Origin: Verrucomicrobia bacterium Tous-C9LFEB
GTDB lineage: Bacteria; Acidobacteriota; Terriglobia; Terriglobales; Acidobacteriaceae
Assembly (NCBI GenBank): GCA_964657685.1
Contig: CAZZWG010000001.1
Span: 13,642 to 77,641 of the forward strand
DNA: 64,000 bases
Direction: 5' to 3'
Part shown: positions 48,852-58,177 of the stretch, in pieces
Layout: each line of letters opens with the position of its first letter
How positions within the stretch are numbered: the stretch's first letter is position 1
Translations under genes and position numbers: made by a program
The notes under the pieces: generated by a model
The model's database searches: none
Told to the model about the DNA's origin: nothing
What the model saw: the letters and a program-made list of their open reading frames with translations, nothing else

Positions 48852-50105
48852 ATGGGATTGAGTGCGGCAGTAGAGAAGTTCTGGGAGAGGTTGACCGGCT
48901 TGCAGGCAGGTGCTTCTGAAGCCAGTGTGGGAGAACGAAAGACCTCGGCGGCACCTATGGCTCTGGGTTTGGGGCCAGGCAGCGTCTTGATGCCGTTTCG
49001 AGTGCAGGGTCAGGGGAATGGATTGCCAAGACCCACAGCGGCAAACCTTCGACGCCTCGCGGAGACGCCTCCCGCGCGAAGAGCGATCAACTGCATTAAG
49101 GACCGGATTGCCTGTATGGATTGGCGGGTCGAAGTGCGGCCAGGGGCGGGTCTGGATGTCAAGGGTGACCGGGCAGAGAGAGCCGCGAGGTTGACTGCGG
49201 CACTTACCAGCCCGAATGCGGTGGATAGCTTTCGTACCTTGATCGAACCGGTGATCGAAGATGCCCTTGTAGGTGGCTTCGGAGCAATCGAGGTGGAGTT
49301 AGCAGATGGCGTTTTGCCGGTGAGGTTGTATCCGGTGGATGGCGCGACGATCCAGGTGAATCCTGAGTGGGATGGCAGGCCGGAGACGCCACGCTACGCG
49401 CAGGTAACGGGAAAGATGGGCGTGGCAGGGCGGACGCAAATACTTGACCGCGAGTTGATATACCTGCGTTTGAATCCACGGTCACACACGGTATTTGGCC
49501 TGGGCAAGATGGAGGTTGCGTTTGAAGCGATCAACAGCTTCCTGGGTGCGCAGAAGTATGCGGGTCGTTTGGCTTCCAATGGAACTGTGCAATACGCACT
49601 CTGGTTGAAAGATCGGACGCCGGAGCAGCATGAGCGACTGACGCGCTGGTGGCAAGAGGAGGTTGAGGGTTCAGGACATGTTCCGGTGTTGAGTTCCGAA
49701 GAGCCACCGCAGGTGGTAAAGCTTGCGCAGGGCACAGATGCGGAGTTGCGCCTCGGGTGGCAGCAGTTCTTGCTGACGATGATCGCGAATGCCTTTGACC
49801 TTCCTGCGATGCTGCTTGGTGTGACGCTTGATGTCAACCGCACTACTGCGGCTGAGTTAGCAAACGAAGCCTTTCAAAGTGCGGTGGTGCCGCTCGCCAA
49901 GTTGATCGGGGATTACATCACGCGAGACGTGATCACCAAGGTTCTAGGTTGGACCGATCTGCGCTTTGTGTGGAGCGAGTTGGAGAGCCGTGATGAAGCC
50001 ACAGAAGTAAGCATTCAAGTGCAGCTTTTGCATGCGGGCGTTTTGACTGTGGACGAAGTCCGGGCGATGCGCGGATTACCGGCCCGAAGTTTGGATCAGC
50101 AATGA
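48852..50105 (+). CDS. Phage portal protein (HK97-like)
   Basis: LTSPN, LYPVDGATI, ELIY...NP...FGLG, IANAFDLPAMLLG, DVNRTTA, LRFVW and GVLTVDEVRAMRGLP motifs. Confidence 0.92.
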   Translation: MGLSAAVEKFWERLTGLQAGASEASVGERKTSAAPMALGLGPGSVLMPFRVQGQGNGLPRPTAANLRRLAETPPARRAINCIKDRIACMDWRVEVRPGAGLDVKGDRAERAARLTAALTSPNAVDSFRTLIEPVIEDALVGGFGAIEVELADGVLPVRLYPVDGATIQVNPEWDGRPETPRYAQVTGKMGVAGRTQILDRELIYLRLNPRSHTVFGLGKMEVAFEAINSFLGAQKYAGRLASNGTVQYALWLKDRTPEQHERLTRWWQEEVEGSGHVPVLSSEEPPQVVKLAQGTDAELRLGWQQFLLTMIANAFDLPAMLLGVTLDVNRTTAAELANEAFQSAVVPLAKLIGDYITRDVITKVLGWTDLRFVWSELESRDEATEVSIQVQLLHAGVLTVDEVRAMRGLPARSLDQQ

Positions 50106-50218
50106 AGCCGACTGCTCTTCCTGCTCTTGGTTCACTGCGGCTCAGCCAGTCACTGCAGGGTGGATTACGGCGAGAGTTTTGTGAGGAAGTAGTAGCGATC
50201 TGTTCACAGGAGGTGTGC

Positions 50219-50779
50219 TTGGAGAGAGCTATACGAGAGCAACGTGGGATGAGATCGATGCAAGCAATGGCCGTGGAGTTCCCGGAGGTAATGGGACATC
50301 CGAACCGATTGCCCTTTGAAGGTTGTCTGACGTTGGTGGATGTAGCCAGCGACAAGGCTCCGAGTGGATCTCGGGGTCACCGGGTCGTCTTGACGCGGGC
50401 AGCAGCCCAGGCTGCACTGCCGAGTTTGTTGGGCATGGCGGTGGACTTTAAGTCTGGTTGGGATGGACATGACGCCCGACAGAAATGCGGGATCATCACG
50501 TCGGCAGAGTTGGAGGGACAGCGACTGCAGGTAAAGGGATACCTCTACGCGCGGGACTTCCCTGAGATGGAGGCGAAGATCACTGCCGGATCGACGACTC
50601 GTGGATGCGAGATGGGGATGAGTTATGAGTTAGCTGACGCACACGTTGCCGACATGAAGGCGCAGGTGTGGATGTTGACGAAAGCTACCTTCACAGGGGC
50701 CGCGATCCTGTTGAGGGACAAAGCGGCGTATCGCGGAACGTCCTTCCGAGTGAAGCGATGCAATGGGCGCACGAAATAG
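50219..50779 (+). CDS. Putative prohead maturation protease
   Basis: Position after the portal; GHD...GII, GMSYE and FTGAAIL...AAY pattern of HK97/assemblin-fold proteases; SD AGGAGG with TTG start. Confidence 0.6.
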   Translation: MERAIREQRGMRSMQAMAVEFPEVMGHPNRLPFEGCLTLVDVASDKAPSGSRGHRVVLTRAAAQAALPSLLGMAVDFKSGWDGHDARQKCGIITSAELEGQRLQVKGYLYARDFPEMEAKITAGSTTRGCEMGMSYELADAHVADMKAQVWMLTKATFTGAAILLRDKAAYRGTSFRVKRCNGRTK

Positions 50780-50887
50780 TGGCAGGTGGGCAGACTTCTC
50801 CGCAACGGCGGGAGCGCGGGTGGTCGAAATGCTGAGATTTAGTTGACGTAAATAAGCGCCGCATGGCGCGTTCCGTTGGAGGAGCAA

Positions 50888-51328
50888 ATGGAAGAATTGT
50901 TGGAAAGAATCAGTGACGCCGTTATGGCGCTGGAAGCGGCGGCAAATCGTTTAGGTGAGCGTGAAATGGCGATGTCGGCTGCTGCCGAGGAGCGTGTTGA
51001 TCGGATCGTTGCAACCGTTGAGGGGCAGCGTGAGGCTGAGCTGTCTGAGCGGCTGCTAATTGCTGAAGCGAAGCTGAGTGAAGCGGAAGGCAAACTTGCT
51101 GAACTTGCGGCAGGGGCCTCTACAGCGAACGAGTTCAACAGCAGAAAAACTGCAGCCGCGGGCATGGTGGCTACGCTAGCCAAACAGGGAATCCGAGCAG
51201 GCGCGCTGGATTGCCTTGAGACTGGCCGATTTGAAGCTGGTGCGCTGGATACGGCTTTGTCCTCCTTATCGATCGAACAGCGGTTTGCCGTTAAGGCAGA
51301 AATGCTGCGAACTGGCCTGCTCAGCTAG
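50888..51328 (+). CDS. Putative capsid scaffolding protein (coiled coil)
   Basis: E/A/L-rich heptads; located between protease and capsid; SD GGAGGAG. Confidence 0.5.
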   Translation: MEELLERISDAVMALEAAANRLGEREMAMSAAAEERVDRIVATVEGQREAELSERLLIAEAKLSEAEGKLAELAAGASTANEFNSRKTAAAGMVATLAKQGIRAGALDCLETGRFEAGALDTALSSLSIEQRFAVKAEMLRTGLLS

Positions 51329-51415
51329 AGGTCCCCTGATCTGATCCAGGAACAGGGAAGCCGCCACGTCCTTACAACGAGCAAAGCAGATAGGGACGCA
51401 ACAGAAAACACAAAC

Positions 51416-51447
51416 GACAGGGGCGTAGCTTTAGCTGCGCCCCTGTC
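51416..51447 (+). other. Strong hairpin in the capsid gene leader
   Basis: GACAGGGGCGTAGCT-TT-AGCTGCGCCCCTGTC, ending 30 nt before the capsid ATG. Confidence 0.6.
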
Positions 51448-51477
51448 TTGTCAGCAATAAGGGAAACAGGAGAATCA

Positions 51478-52449
51478 ATGAACACGAAGTTTACTGATAT
51501 CAATGCGACTGCAGATTACATCGGACCTGGCGCTATCGAAGTACCCATGTACCAGACGGAGATCCTGGATCTGGTTCGCCGTCGCGGTGCATTTGGACAA
51601 CGCATCAAGCAGGTCCCCGCTACGGGTCATCCGTCCCGTTTTTTTGAAGAGACGTCACTCCCTTCGCCAGCTGCATCGGCTGGCTTCATGGATCCACGCA
51701 ACATCGTTCCTCCGGTCGTGAGCCCGACGCGTGTGGAACGTTCTGTGCCGCTGAAGGCCTTGGTAGCGCAAATCAACTACAACCTGTTCGACCTGGAGTT
51801 GGGCAAGCAGCAAAGCCAATTTGCGTACCTCCAGGCGAAGGACCTGGCTGACACGGTGGATGGCGTCCTTCGCACTCATGATGTCGCGCTTTGGAATGGC
51901 TCGGACACAAGCCTTAGCTCTCCGACGACTGCGCAATACTTTGGCGCAGCGTCGCAGATCGCGGCAGGCGGGAACTCTGTCTCGATCCCGACAAGCGAAA
52001 GCATTGTGGACGGCCTTAAGTCGACCATTGCACAAATGCTGGCCAATTCGAGCTTTGGTGTTCGTCCCACGGCGATCTATGCCAACCCGGTACTGCTAGA
52101 TCTCATCGATCGCGAGATGAAGGCGGAGTACAACGTGGTGCTGACCACGAAGCCGATTGAAGGCGGGCTTACGGTGAAGACCCTTTCCACGCAGGCTGGT
52201 GACATCCCGCTTATTCCGGAGTGGACGCTTCCCTACACCGGGACTCCCGGTTCCGGTTCCGCTGTACTCCCGGCGTACATCGTGACCGAGGACCTGATCG
52301 AGTATCACTGGTTGGGCGATGCCACTCCTCGTGTGTTCCAGCTCGGTGTGCCTGGGTCGCTGGCCTCACAGTATGTCGTCGTGAAGTTCGGCGGGGTAGT
52401 TGTGAAGGGCGCCAACTATGCACACTATCAGGTACTCGTGAACCGGTAG
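51478..52449 (+). CDS. Major capsid protein (HK97 fold)
   Basis: 323 aa; EILDLVRR, E-loop-like segment, helix ending VALWNG, PTAIYANP and TQAGDIPLIP; gene order; strong SD AGGAG. Confidence 0.8.
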   Translation: MNTKFTDINATADYIGPGAIEVPMYQTEILDLVRRRGAFGQRIKQVPATGHPSRFFEETSLPSPAASAGFMDPRNIVPPVVSPTRVERSVPLKALVAQINYNLFDLELGKQQSQFAYLQAKDLADTVDGVLRTHDVALWNGSDTSLSSPTTAQYFGAASQIAAGGNSVSIPTSESIVDGLKSTIAQMLANSSFGVRPTAIYANPVLLDLIDREMKAEYNVVLTTKPIEGGLTVKTLSTQAGDIPLIPEWTLPYTGTPGSGSAVLPAYIVTEDLIEYHWLGDATPRVFQLGVPGSLASQYVVVKFGGVVVKGANYAHYQVLVNR

Positions 52450-52455
52450 TCGACA

Positions 52456-52490
52456 GCGCGCCCCAGGTCCTTTCTGGGCCCGGGGCGCGC
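52456..52490 (+). other. GC-rich hairpin after the capsid gene (mRNA stabiliser or attenuator)
   Basis: GCGCGCCCC...GGGGCGCGC with no U-tract. Confidence 0.5.
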
Positions 52491-52562
52491 ATGGCAACAA
52501 GCAGATTTCCTTCGGGGATTGCGACAGGAAGTGCAAGGGGCTTTCCTTTGCGGAGGGACAAA

Positions 52563-53159
52563 TTGGCTTATTTGAAGTCTTCGGAGTACTTAGCTTACGG
52601 CTTGAGCGCAGACACATCGGATGCGTGGGTTGCGGCGGCTTCTTCCATGATGGAAGCGCATTGCCGGCGTGCATCCTTGCTGACAGCCACTTATACGGAA
52701 CGTTTGCGAGTGAACAGGCAGTGGGGCACGGCCCAGTTGACGTACGGCCCTGTGGGGCAAGTTACTTCGATACAAGCTCGTTACACGCCGCAGATGGAGC
52801 GACGCTTCGACAGCTTATTCGAGTACGCATTGGTGTTTGGTTTGCCTGGTCAGTGGGTGACGTTGGACCCAGCGACAGTCGCTCTTGACGCCACAAGTGG
52901 TGAACTGCAATTGCCGATGAACCTTCTGGGCCTTCGGTATAGCGAGGTTGAGGTCACCTATACCGCGGGACTTGCCGCAGCTCCGGACGCCCTTAAGTTT
53001 GCTTGTGCCCAGATTGTGAAGAATGCACAAGCTACGCCAGGGTTGAACGTGAAGTCTAGCAAGCTGGACACGTTGCACACGGAATACTTCAGCGATTCAT
53101 TGATCGACAGCCAAGTGCGCGCGCTGCTGCGCCCGTTTGTGGCGGAGAGGGTGGGATGA
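52563..53159 (+). CDS. Head-tail adaptor (gp6/gp15-like, with inserted beta domain)
   Basis: AASSMMEAHCRR...YTE, EVTYTAG...PDALKFAC and VRALLRPF motifs; SD GGAGG with TTG start at 52563. Confidence 0.75.
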   Translation: MAYLKSSEYLAYGLSADTSDAWVAAASSMMEAHCRRASLLTATYTERLRVNRQWGTAQLTYGPVGQVTSIQARYTPQMERRFDSLFEYALVFGLPGQWVTLDPATVALDATSGELQLPMNLLGLRYSEVEVTYTAGLAAAPDALKFACAQIVKNAQATPGLNVKSSKLDTLHTEYFSDSLIDSQVRALLRPFVAERVG

Positions 53160-53162
53160 TCC

Positions 53163-53558
53163 ATGGCGACGATCTCAGATGAAGGGGCAGTCCGGGCCGC
53201 ACTTGCTGCACTGTGCGCAAATGGTGGATTTCAGGTTGTTCTGCGTCTACCGGGTCTTGCGGTAAGTGGAAGCGATGCGGAGCAACTTGGATTGGCAACG
53301 CCGCAGTTTCAGGATGTTCCTGTAGGGCCGGCGGTCTGGCGAAAGGTAGGGGTAAACAGGGCGCTTGTGTTGGGAGCAAGTGCGGTCACCAGCCTGATGG
53401 GATCCGGCGTGGCTGCTTCCGCGGAGTCCCTGTTCCAGACCGCTGTAGGGGTTGCCGTCGGCGAGGTGCTGTATGTGATCACCAAGGCCGAACCCTTGAT
53501 GGTGGCAGGCATAGCTTGTGCTTATCGTTTGAGCTTGCAGGAGCCAGCATGGGCGTAG
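53163..53558 (+). CDS. Putative head-closure (stopper) protein
   Basis: 131 aa beta-rich protein right after the adaptor; assignment from synteny only. Confidence 0.4.
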   Translation: MATISDEGAVRAALAALCANGGFQVVLRLPGLAVSGSDAEQLGLATPQFQDVPVGPAVWRKVGVNRALVLGASAVTSLMGSGVAASAESLFQTAVGVAVGEVLYVITKAEPLMVAGIACAYRLSLQEPAWA

Positions 53559-53642
53559 CCCTAGATGGAGGGCCTGTACCCGCAATCGCTTGTCAACGAC
53601 ATTGCTCGGAGTATGCGGTCCGATTGGAAGAGGAGGATACAC

Positions 53643-54149
53643 GTGCAGAACGCAAAGGATTCGTTCTATGACATGTTACGCGGGCGCTTGACGACGTTGA
53701 ATCCGGAGCGGACCGTGGCAGTGCGCGGCGTTACGCGACCGGGTCTGGTGGTAGACGAGAACGAAACGGAGAGCGTGGCCTCTCTCGCCGATTGCTTTCA
53801 TTTACGCTGGATCGGCCCATCAACAACCGAGGACGGAGCTCTACCCCTGGTCGCGTTGCCCTGCGCAATCAGCTATGCCACGGCAGGCACTTCTTTGAAC
53901 AGTGGGTTGGATCGCGGGCGATGCCTTGCAGCGATGGACGGTGAGTTGCTGAGCGCGGTGCGGCAGTGGCCGCAGAATGCATTGAAAAACAACTACGCAG
54001 CGCTTGCGAACGGTGGGACTGTGACAGCGATGGGAAGCCGGATCTGGTGGGGTGAGGTTTCCTTCGGGCCAGCAAAGGTGGAAGCGGACCGCTTGACCCG
54101 AATCGCGAGTCTTGAAGTCATGAGCTTCCAGGAAGCGGGAGAGCTTTAA
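53643..54149 (+). CDS. Putative tail-terminator/completion protein
   Basis: SD AGGAGG with GTG start; alpha/beta pattern; position before the tube-like gene. Synteny-based. Confidence 0.4.
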   Translation: MQNAKDSFYDMLRGRLTTLNPERTVAVRGVTRPGLVVDENETESVASLADCFHLRWIGPSTTEDGALPLVALPCAISYATAGTSLNSGLDRGRCLAAMDGELLSAVRQWPQNALKNNYAALANGGTVTAMGSRIWWGEVSFGPAKVEADRLTRIASLEVMSFQEAGEL

Positions 54150-55090
54150 TGGTGACTGACGTAATGGCGCCCGCGGTGAAGCGGGTGAGAGCGTACTTTG
54201 CGCCGGTAAACCGGACGGCGCAGCAAGCGACAATCTTTGATCCAGCACAAAATGGCGGATTCGCCCTGGATGCGCCACCTGTTCCGTGGATTGATCTGGG
54301 ATGGATCGACGGGTTTACCCGCCAAAGCGGAACACTCATTGCCGCTGTGAAGATGGGGGCACCTGCCGGGGCACAGATGCAGGCGCGAACCGAAGTGGAT
54401 GCGACAGTGAAGTTCGCCTTTCAAGGCTGGGGCAAACTGCAGATGTCACTCTCGGCCGGCACCCAGCAATTGAACCTCCTGGCTGTGCGGAGCGGGGCGG
54501 CCGCGGCAGGGTCCGGCGGCTTGGCGGCACCAGCTGTGGCTTTGGTAACGGGGTCCACTGCTACAACGTTGAATGTTGGTGCTGGACCCTCCGCGACCTT
54601 TGCTGTGGGATCACTTGTATCAGTGGATGTGGATTACGCGGCAGGCACCATTGGCTTTGTCGGGAGCGGGGTGAGCGGCGCCTACGTGAGAGTCGCGCTT
54701 ACGGATGTGGACTATGTGCGGCGCGTGTCGTTGAATGTGGGGCGCGTGATTGCAGTAAGCAACGGCCTGTTAACGCTGGAGTCTCCGCTGCTGGCCGGCG
54801 CGCCTGCGCCAGGAATGAAGGTAAGTGCTGTCGTTGGTTTTTGCGATCGTGAAGGATCCAGCTTCTTTCAGGAGTGGTCTGCTCTCTTTGTGGGCGAGGG
54901 ACAGCAGGGAGAACGGGTTATCTGGCACTATCCACGTTTGCAGGCGGCGGCTGGAATAGCGGAAGCGGCAGGTACAGCAGTTGGTGGGTACGCGTCGGTA
55001 CGTCTTGCGGCAGCCTATCGTGCCTTGCCTGTGAACGACGCCGTTGATGGCGAGCGCGTTGTCTGCTTCCGCAGCTACGTAGCGGGGTAG
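54149..55090 (+). CDS. Putative tail tube (major tail) protein
   Basis: VRAYFAP...WIDLGWIDG N-terminal pattern of siphoviral tube proteins, inserted beta domain, C-terminal WHYPRLQ. Confidence 0.55.
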   Translation: MVTDVMAPAVKRVRAYFAPVNRTAQQATIFDPAQNGGFALDAPPVPWIDLGWIDGFTRQSGTLIAAVKMGAPAGAQMQARTEVDATVKFAFQGWGKLQMSLSAGTQQLNLLAVRSGAAAAGSGGLAAPAVALVTGSTATTLNVGAGPSATFAVGSLVSVDVDYAAGTIGFVGSGVSGAYVRVALTDVDYVRRVSLNVGRVIAVSNGLLTLESPLLAGAPAPGMKVSAVVGFCDREGSSFFQEWSALFVGEGQQGERVIWHYPRLQAAAGIAEAAGTAVGGYASVRLAAAYRALPVNDAVDGERVVCFRSYVAG

Positions 55091-55170
55091 CTTTGCCCGC
55101 GAGCCACGTGAGGCGAGTTTCCTTCGGGAAAAAGGGCGCGTGAGCTAAGGCTGCATTCGAGCTCACTGCA

Positions 55171-57600
55171 ATGACGAAGCACGGAGGAATCTTGCAAATC
55201 ACGATCGATAACGGAGATGGACAGGGAGCGGTGGATTACAGCGCCACTGTTGCGGTTGAAGGGCCGATTACGGTACAGCGAAGTCTCAATAAGCCTTCCC
55301 GTTGTACGGCGGAGATTGTGCTGGGATGCCAAGGTCTCGCCACGCCGGCTCGACGCGCGCGGGTGGTTGTAACGAATCAAGCCGGAACGATCCTGTTCAC
55401 TGGCTACTTGGCGACTGAACCCGTGGCAGTGTACGCAGGCTCGGGAGTGAGCGGTCCGGTGTACCGCGTGCGGGTGTCTGCCGTAAGCGATGAGTGGCTT
55501 CTTGATAAGCAGGGTTCAGGAGTCAACACGATCACGAACGGGCTGGCGCTGGCAATAAGCGGCACGAATCTGGCATCACAACTGGTGACCGGAGCTCAAG
55601 CGGTTTCAGGAACGACGACTGGTCTTACCGTCGCCCCTGGTGAAAATGCGAGGGCGGTGGGGGCCTTCGCCGTTCAACCCGCGGCAAGCTGGAGCACGAA
55701 TGCCGGGGCGGCAGCCAACGCAACATATTCCAGCTACCGGGTAGTCAATGGAGCATTATCCATGCTGCCCGTAGGCGCCGTCACTCATGCGTTCAGCGAC
55801 GCAGATGGAACACTGAATGTTGCGGAGCTGAGCACTGCAAATTTGCGCGAGTTAGCGAACGACGTCACGCTTTCAGGTGCAGAAGAACCAGCAGCCTATG
55901 TGCAGGAGATCTTTGAGGGAGATGGCACAACGACGATCTTTCCCTTGAGCGAAGCAGTCTTTCGCGGAAGCAATCGCAGGCTGGTACGAGACAGTTTCAG
56001 TGCATCTGCGCTTGACAACTCGCAATGGACCTTAAGTGATCGCGGCAACCACTTCGCGCTTACGTCTGCCGGCCTGACAATGAACGGCGGGAACGGCTCA
56101 GACGGGCAGGACACACTCAGCGCTCTCAACGCCATTGAGATGGGCGGCTTTGTTTTGGCCGAGTTGGGCGGCGTCGTTCTCGGAGCCAGTTCGGATGGGA
56201 TGCTTAGCGGCTTTTACTCTGGGGCTTCGGTGATCGCGAACTGCTTTGCGGGTTTCAGGGTGCGCCAGAGTGTCAGCACAACGGGAGGCGTCACAGTCAT
56301 CGTGCCGATCGTGAACGGCGCCGAGACTGGAGCGATCTTCACTCCTGTCGACGGCCATAAGTACACCCTTCGTCTGCGTTTGTTTTCCGTAGAAATGCAG
56401 CGACTGGACCAGCGGTACTACTGCATGGTCGACGGGGCAGTGCAAAGTTTCGGAGCCGTTGACGGAACGAATGCACCGATGCAGTTGGCCTTTGATGTTC
56501 TGGATGAGGGAGCCAGCTCAAACACGCCGGCTACGGTGCTGTATGACTCGGCGGCAGCAGGCGCTCCTCTTCAGGTCAGCCCGGCCTTCTGCACATTTGT
56601 GGCAGCGAACTCTACGAATCTGTATGGTTCCATAGCCTGGGTTGAGTTGACGCGACCCGGGAGTCTATGGGTGGTGAACACATTGCCGAATGGGGCGCGG
56701 GCCACGCGCCTGGTGGGCCTGGCGGGACAAGGCGTTGACTGTCAAGCAGTGTACGGATCCTCTGCCGGCTCACCCGGTAAGATCGTCTTCTTTGCAGGCC
56801 GTGTTCCTGTCGTGGGAGAGCGGGTTGTTGCTGTTTATCGGACCGCAAGACGGTCGGTTGCACGATTGGCAGACCCGCTCAGTGTAGCTTCTGAGGCGGC
56901 TGCCGGCTCCGGCTTGATAGTTCCTGGCGTAAGCCGATGGCTTGGACAGGTGACCGCTCCGATAGCTCGATCCAGTGCGGATTGCGAAGCAGCGGCGCAG
57001 GCAGTTCTGGCGATGGCGACAGCGCGTTCAGCGTCACTGCAGGGTTCATACGCTTTGGAAAACCCCATTCAGGACATATGGCCTGGGGAACTACTCGCGG
57101 TGACGAGTGCGGGCGTAACAACTTCCTTGCTGGTGCGGGAAGTGGTGGCGACCGACAAGCACGCAGTGCCTGAGGTGGTCGGATACAAGGTGACCTTTGC
57201 AAATGACTGGGTCACCGAATGGAATGACGGGCTTGGACTCAAGCTGAGCGGGTCCATCGCGAAGGACGTGGCGTTGCCGGCAACAGCGGCTAGTGGACCC
57301 GCGGTCGTGCTCCCCAACCTGCAACAGCTAACAGTGGCGAGTCTCACCGGTAACACCATGCAGGTGGATGCTGGGCTGACTGCACCTGCCGGTGGTGGTT
57401 TTGAGGTGCGCCGACGCGACTGGACGTTCGGGCTGGGAGTCGATGGGCCGGACCTGGTGCTGCGCAGCCCTGTGCGTAGCTTTTCCATACCCAGGGCGGC
57501 GCAAGTGGAACAGTACTTCATACGCATGTATGACGGCAGCACGCCCCCGCTGTATTCCCGCTTCTCAAGCGCCTTATTGCTGAATTGGCCCGTGATCTAA
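55171..57600 (+). CDS. Putative tail-tip/baseplate hub protein
   Basis: N-terminal ITVQRSLNKPSRC...ILFTGY hub-like pattern, LANDVTLSG, lectin-like middle, C-terminal IWPGELLAV. Confidence 0.5.
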   Translation: MTKHGGILQITIDNGDGQGAVDYSATVAVEGPITVQRSLNKPSRCTAEIVLGCQGLATPARRARVVVTNQAGTILFTGYLATEPVAVYAGSGVSGPVYRVRVSAVSDEWLLDKQGSGVNTITNGLALAISGTNLASQLVTGAQAVSGTTTGLTVAPGENARAVGAFAVQPAASWSTNAGAAANATYSSYRVVNGALSMLPVGAVTHAFSDADGTLNVAELSTANLRELANDVTLSGAEEPAAYVQEIFEGDGTTTIFPLSEAVFRGSNRRLVRDSFSASALDNSQWTLSDRGNHFALTSAGLTMNGGNGSDGQDTLSALNAIEMGGFVLAELGGVVLGASSDGMLSGFYSGASVIANCFAGFRVRQSVSTTGGVTVIVPIVNGAETGAIFTPVDGHKYTLRLRLFSVEMQRLDQRYYCMVDGAVQSFGAVDGTNAPMQLAFDVLDEGASSNTPATVLYDSAAAGAPLQVSPAFCTFVAANSTNLYGSIAWVELTRPGSLWVVNTLPNGARATRLVGLAGQGVDCQAVYGSSAGSPGKIVFFAGRVPVVGERVVAVYRTARRSVARLADPLSVASEAAAGSGLIVPGVSRWLGQVTAPIARSSADCEAAAQAVLAMATARSASLQGSYALENPIQDIWPGELLAVTSAGVTTSLLVREVVATDKHAVPEVVGYKVTFANDWVTEWNDGLGLKLSGSIAKDVALPATAASGPAVVLPNLQQLTVASLTGNTMQVDAGLTAPAGGGFEVRRRDWTFGLGVDGPDLVLRSPVRSFSIPRAAQVEQYFIRMYDGSTPPLYSRFSSALLLNWPVI

Positions 57601-57638
57601 AACCGAAGTTGATCGTGAAGATTTTGCAAGGAGGTTAA

Positions 57639-57860
57639 ATGACAGGTTTCGAACAGAAGGTATTGGAAGATTTGAGTGGGTTGAAGGTTCAAATGAACCA
57701 GCTAATGGGTGTAGGGCAACCTGGCCGGCTACATCTGCTGGAGCAGCGGGTTGAGAGCCATGAGAGAAGCATGCAACGCATGCGAGGCGTTTCAGGAGCG
57801 TTCGGCGGGGCGCTGGGATTTGTGCAAATGGTGCTCTTCGTCCTGCGGAACAGGCACTAG
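57639..57860 (+). CDS. Holin/XhlA-like small membrane protein
   Basis: Coiled-coil N-terminus plus C-terminal hydrophobic helix; strong SD AAGGAGG. Confidence 0.45.
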   Translation: MTGFEQKVLEDLSGLKVQMNQLMGVGQPGRLHLLEQRVESHERSMQRMRGVSGAFGGALGFVQMVLFVLRNRH

Positions 57861-57888
57861 CGCGAAGGCAAGCTTGTTGGGAGGCGAT

Positions 57889-58158
57889 GTGGGTTGGAGA
57901 CTCGATGTAGCGCAAGTCGCGCGTAGTCCAAAGTCGACTGTTGTGGGACTGTGTGTTCTTGCACTGGCGGCTGAACGAAGTCTGCATTTTGATGCGGAAG
58001 GTCATCTTGCGATGTGCGCAAGGGACTGGTTTGGGGTGGGCTGTGGGCTGCTCACCGCGATTGTAAGTGGACTGAGCCAGGATGCCGGGCAAACACTCTC
58101 TAGGGGTGGTCCGGTGACCACGAGTTCACTTGAGACTCAAACAAAAACGATTAACTAA
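57889..58158 (+). CDS. Holin-like two-TM protein
   Basis: SD GGAGG with GTG start; SPKSTVVGLCVLALAA...GLLTAIVSGLSQDA pattern. Confidence 0.45.
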   Translation: MGWRLDVAQVARSPKSTVVGLCVLALAAERSLHFDAEGHLAMCARDWFGVGCGLLTAIVSGLSQDAGQTLSRGGPVTTSSLETQTKTIN

Positions 58159-58177
58159 CGAGATTATAAGAGGTTCT

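Noticed and set aside
51478-52449. Encapsulin interpretation of the capsid gene
   Set aside because: Linked portal, intact terminase ATPase/nuclease and neck genes indicate a DNA-packaging head.
52221-52562. Upstream extension of the adaptor ORF (possible capsid frameshift fusion)
   Set aside because: Runs through the capsid gene and two hairpins; a clear SD and TTG at 52563 explains the gene; no slippery sequence seen.
58148-58175. dif-like sequence (minus strand ACCTCTTATAA-TCTCG-TTAGTTAAT) near the skew flip
   Set aside because: Spacer length and the XerD arm do not fit the 11-6-11 consensus, and it overlaps a stop codon and RBS region; probably chance.
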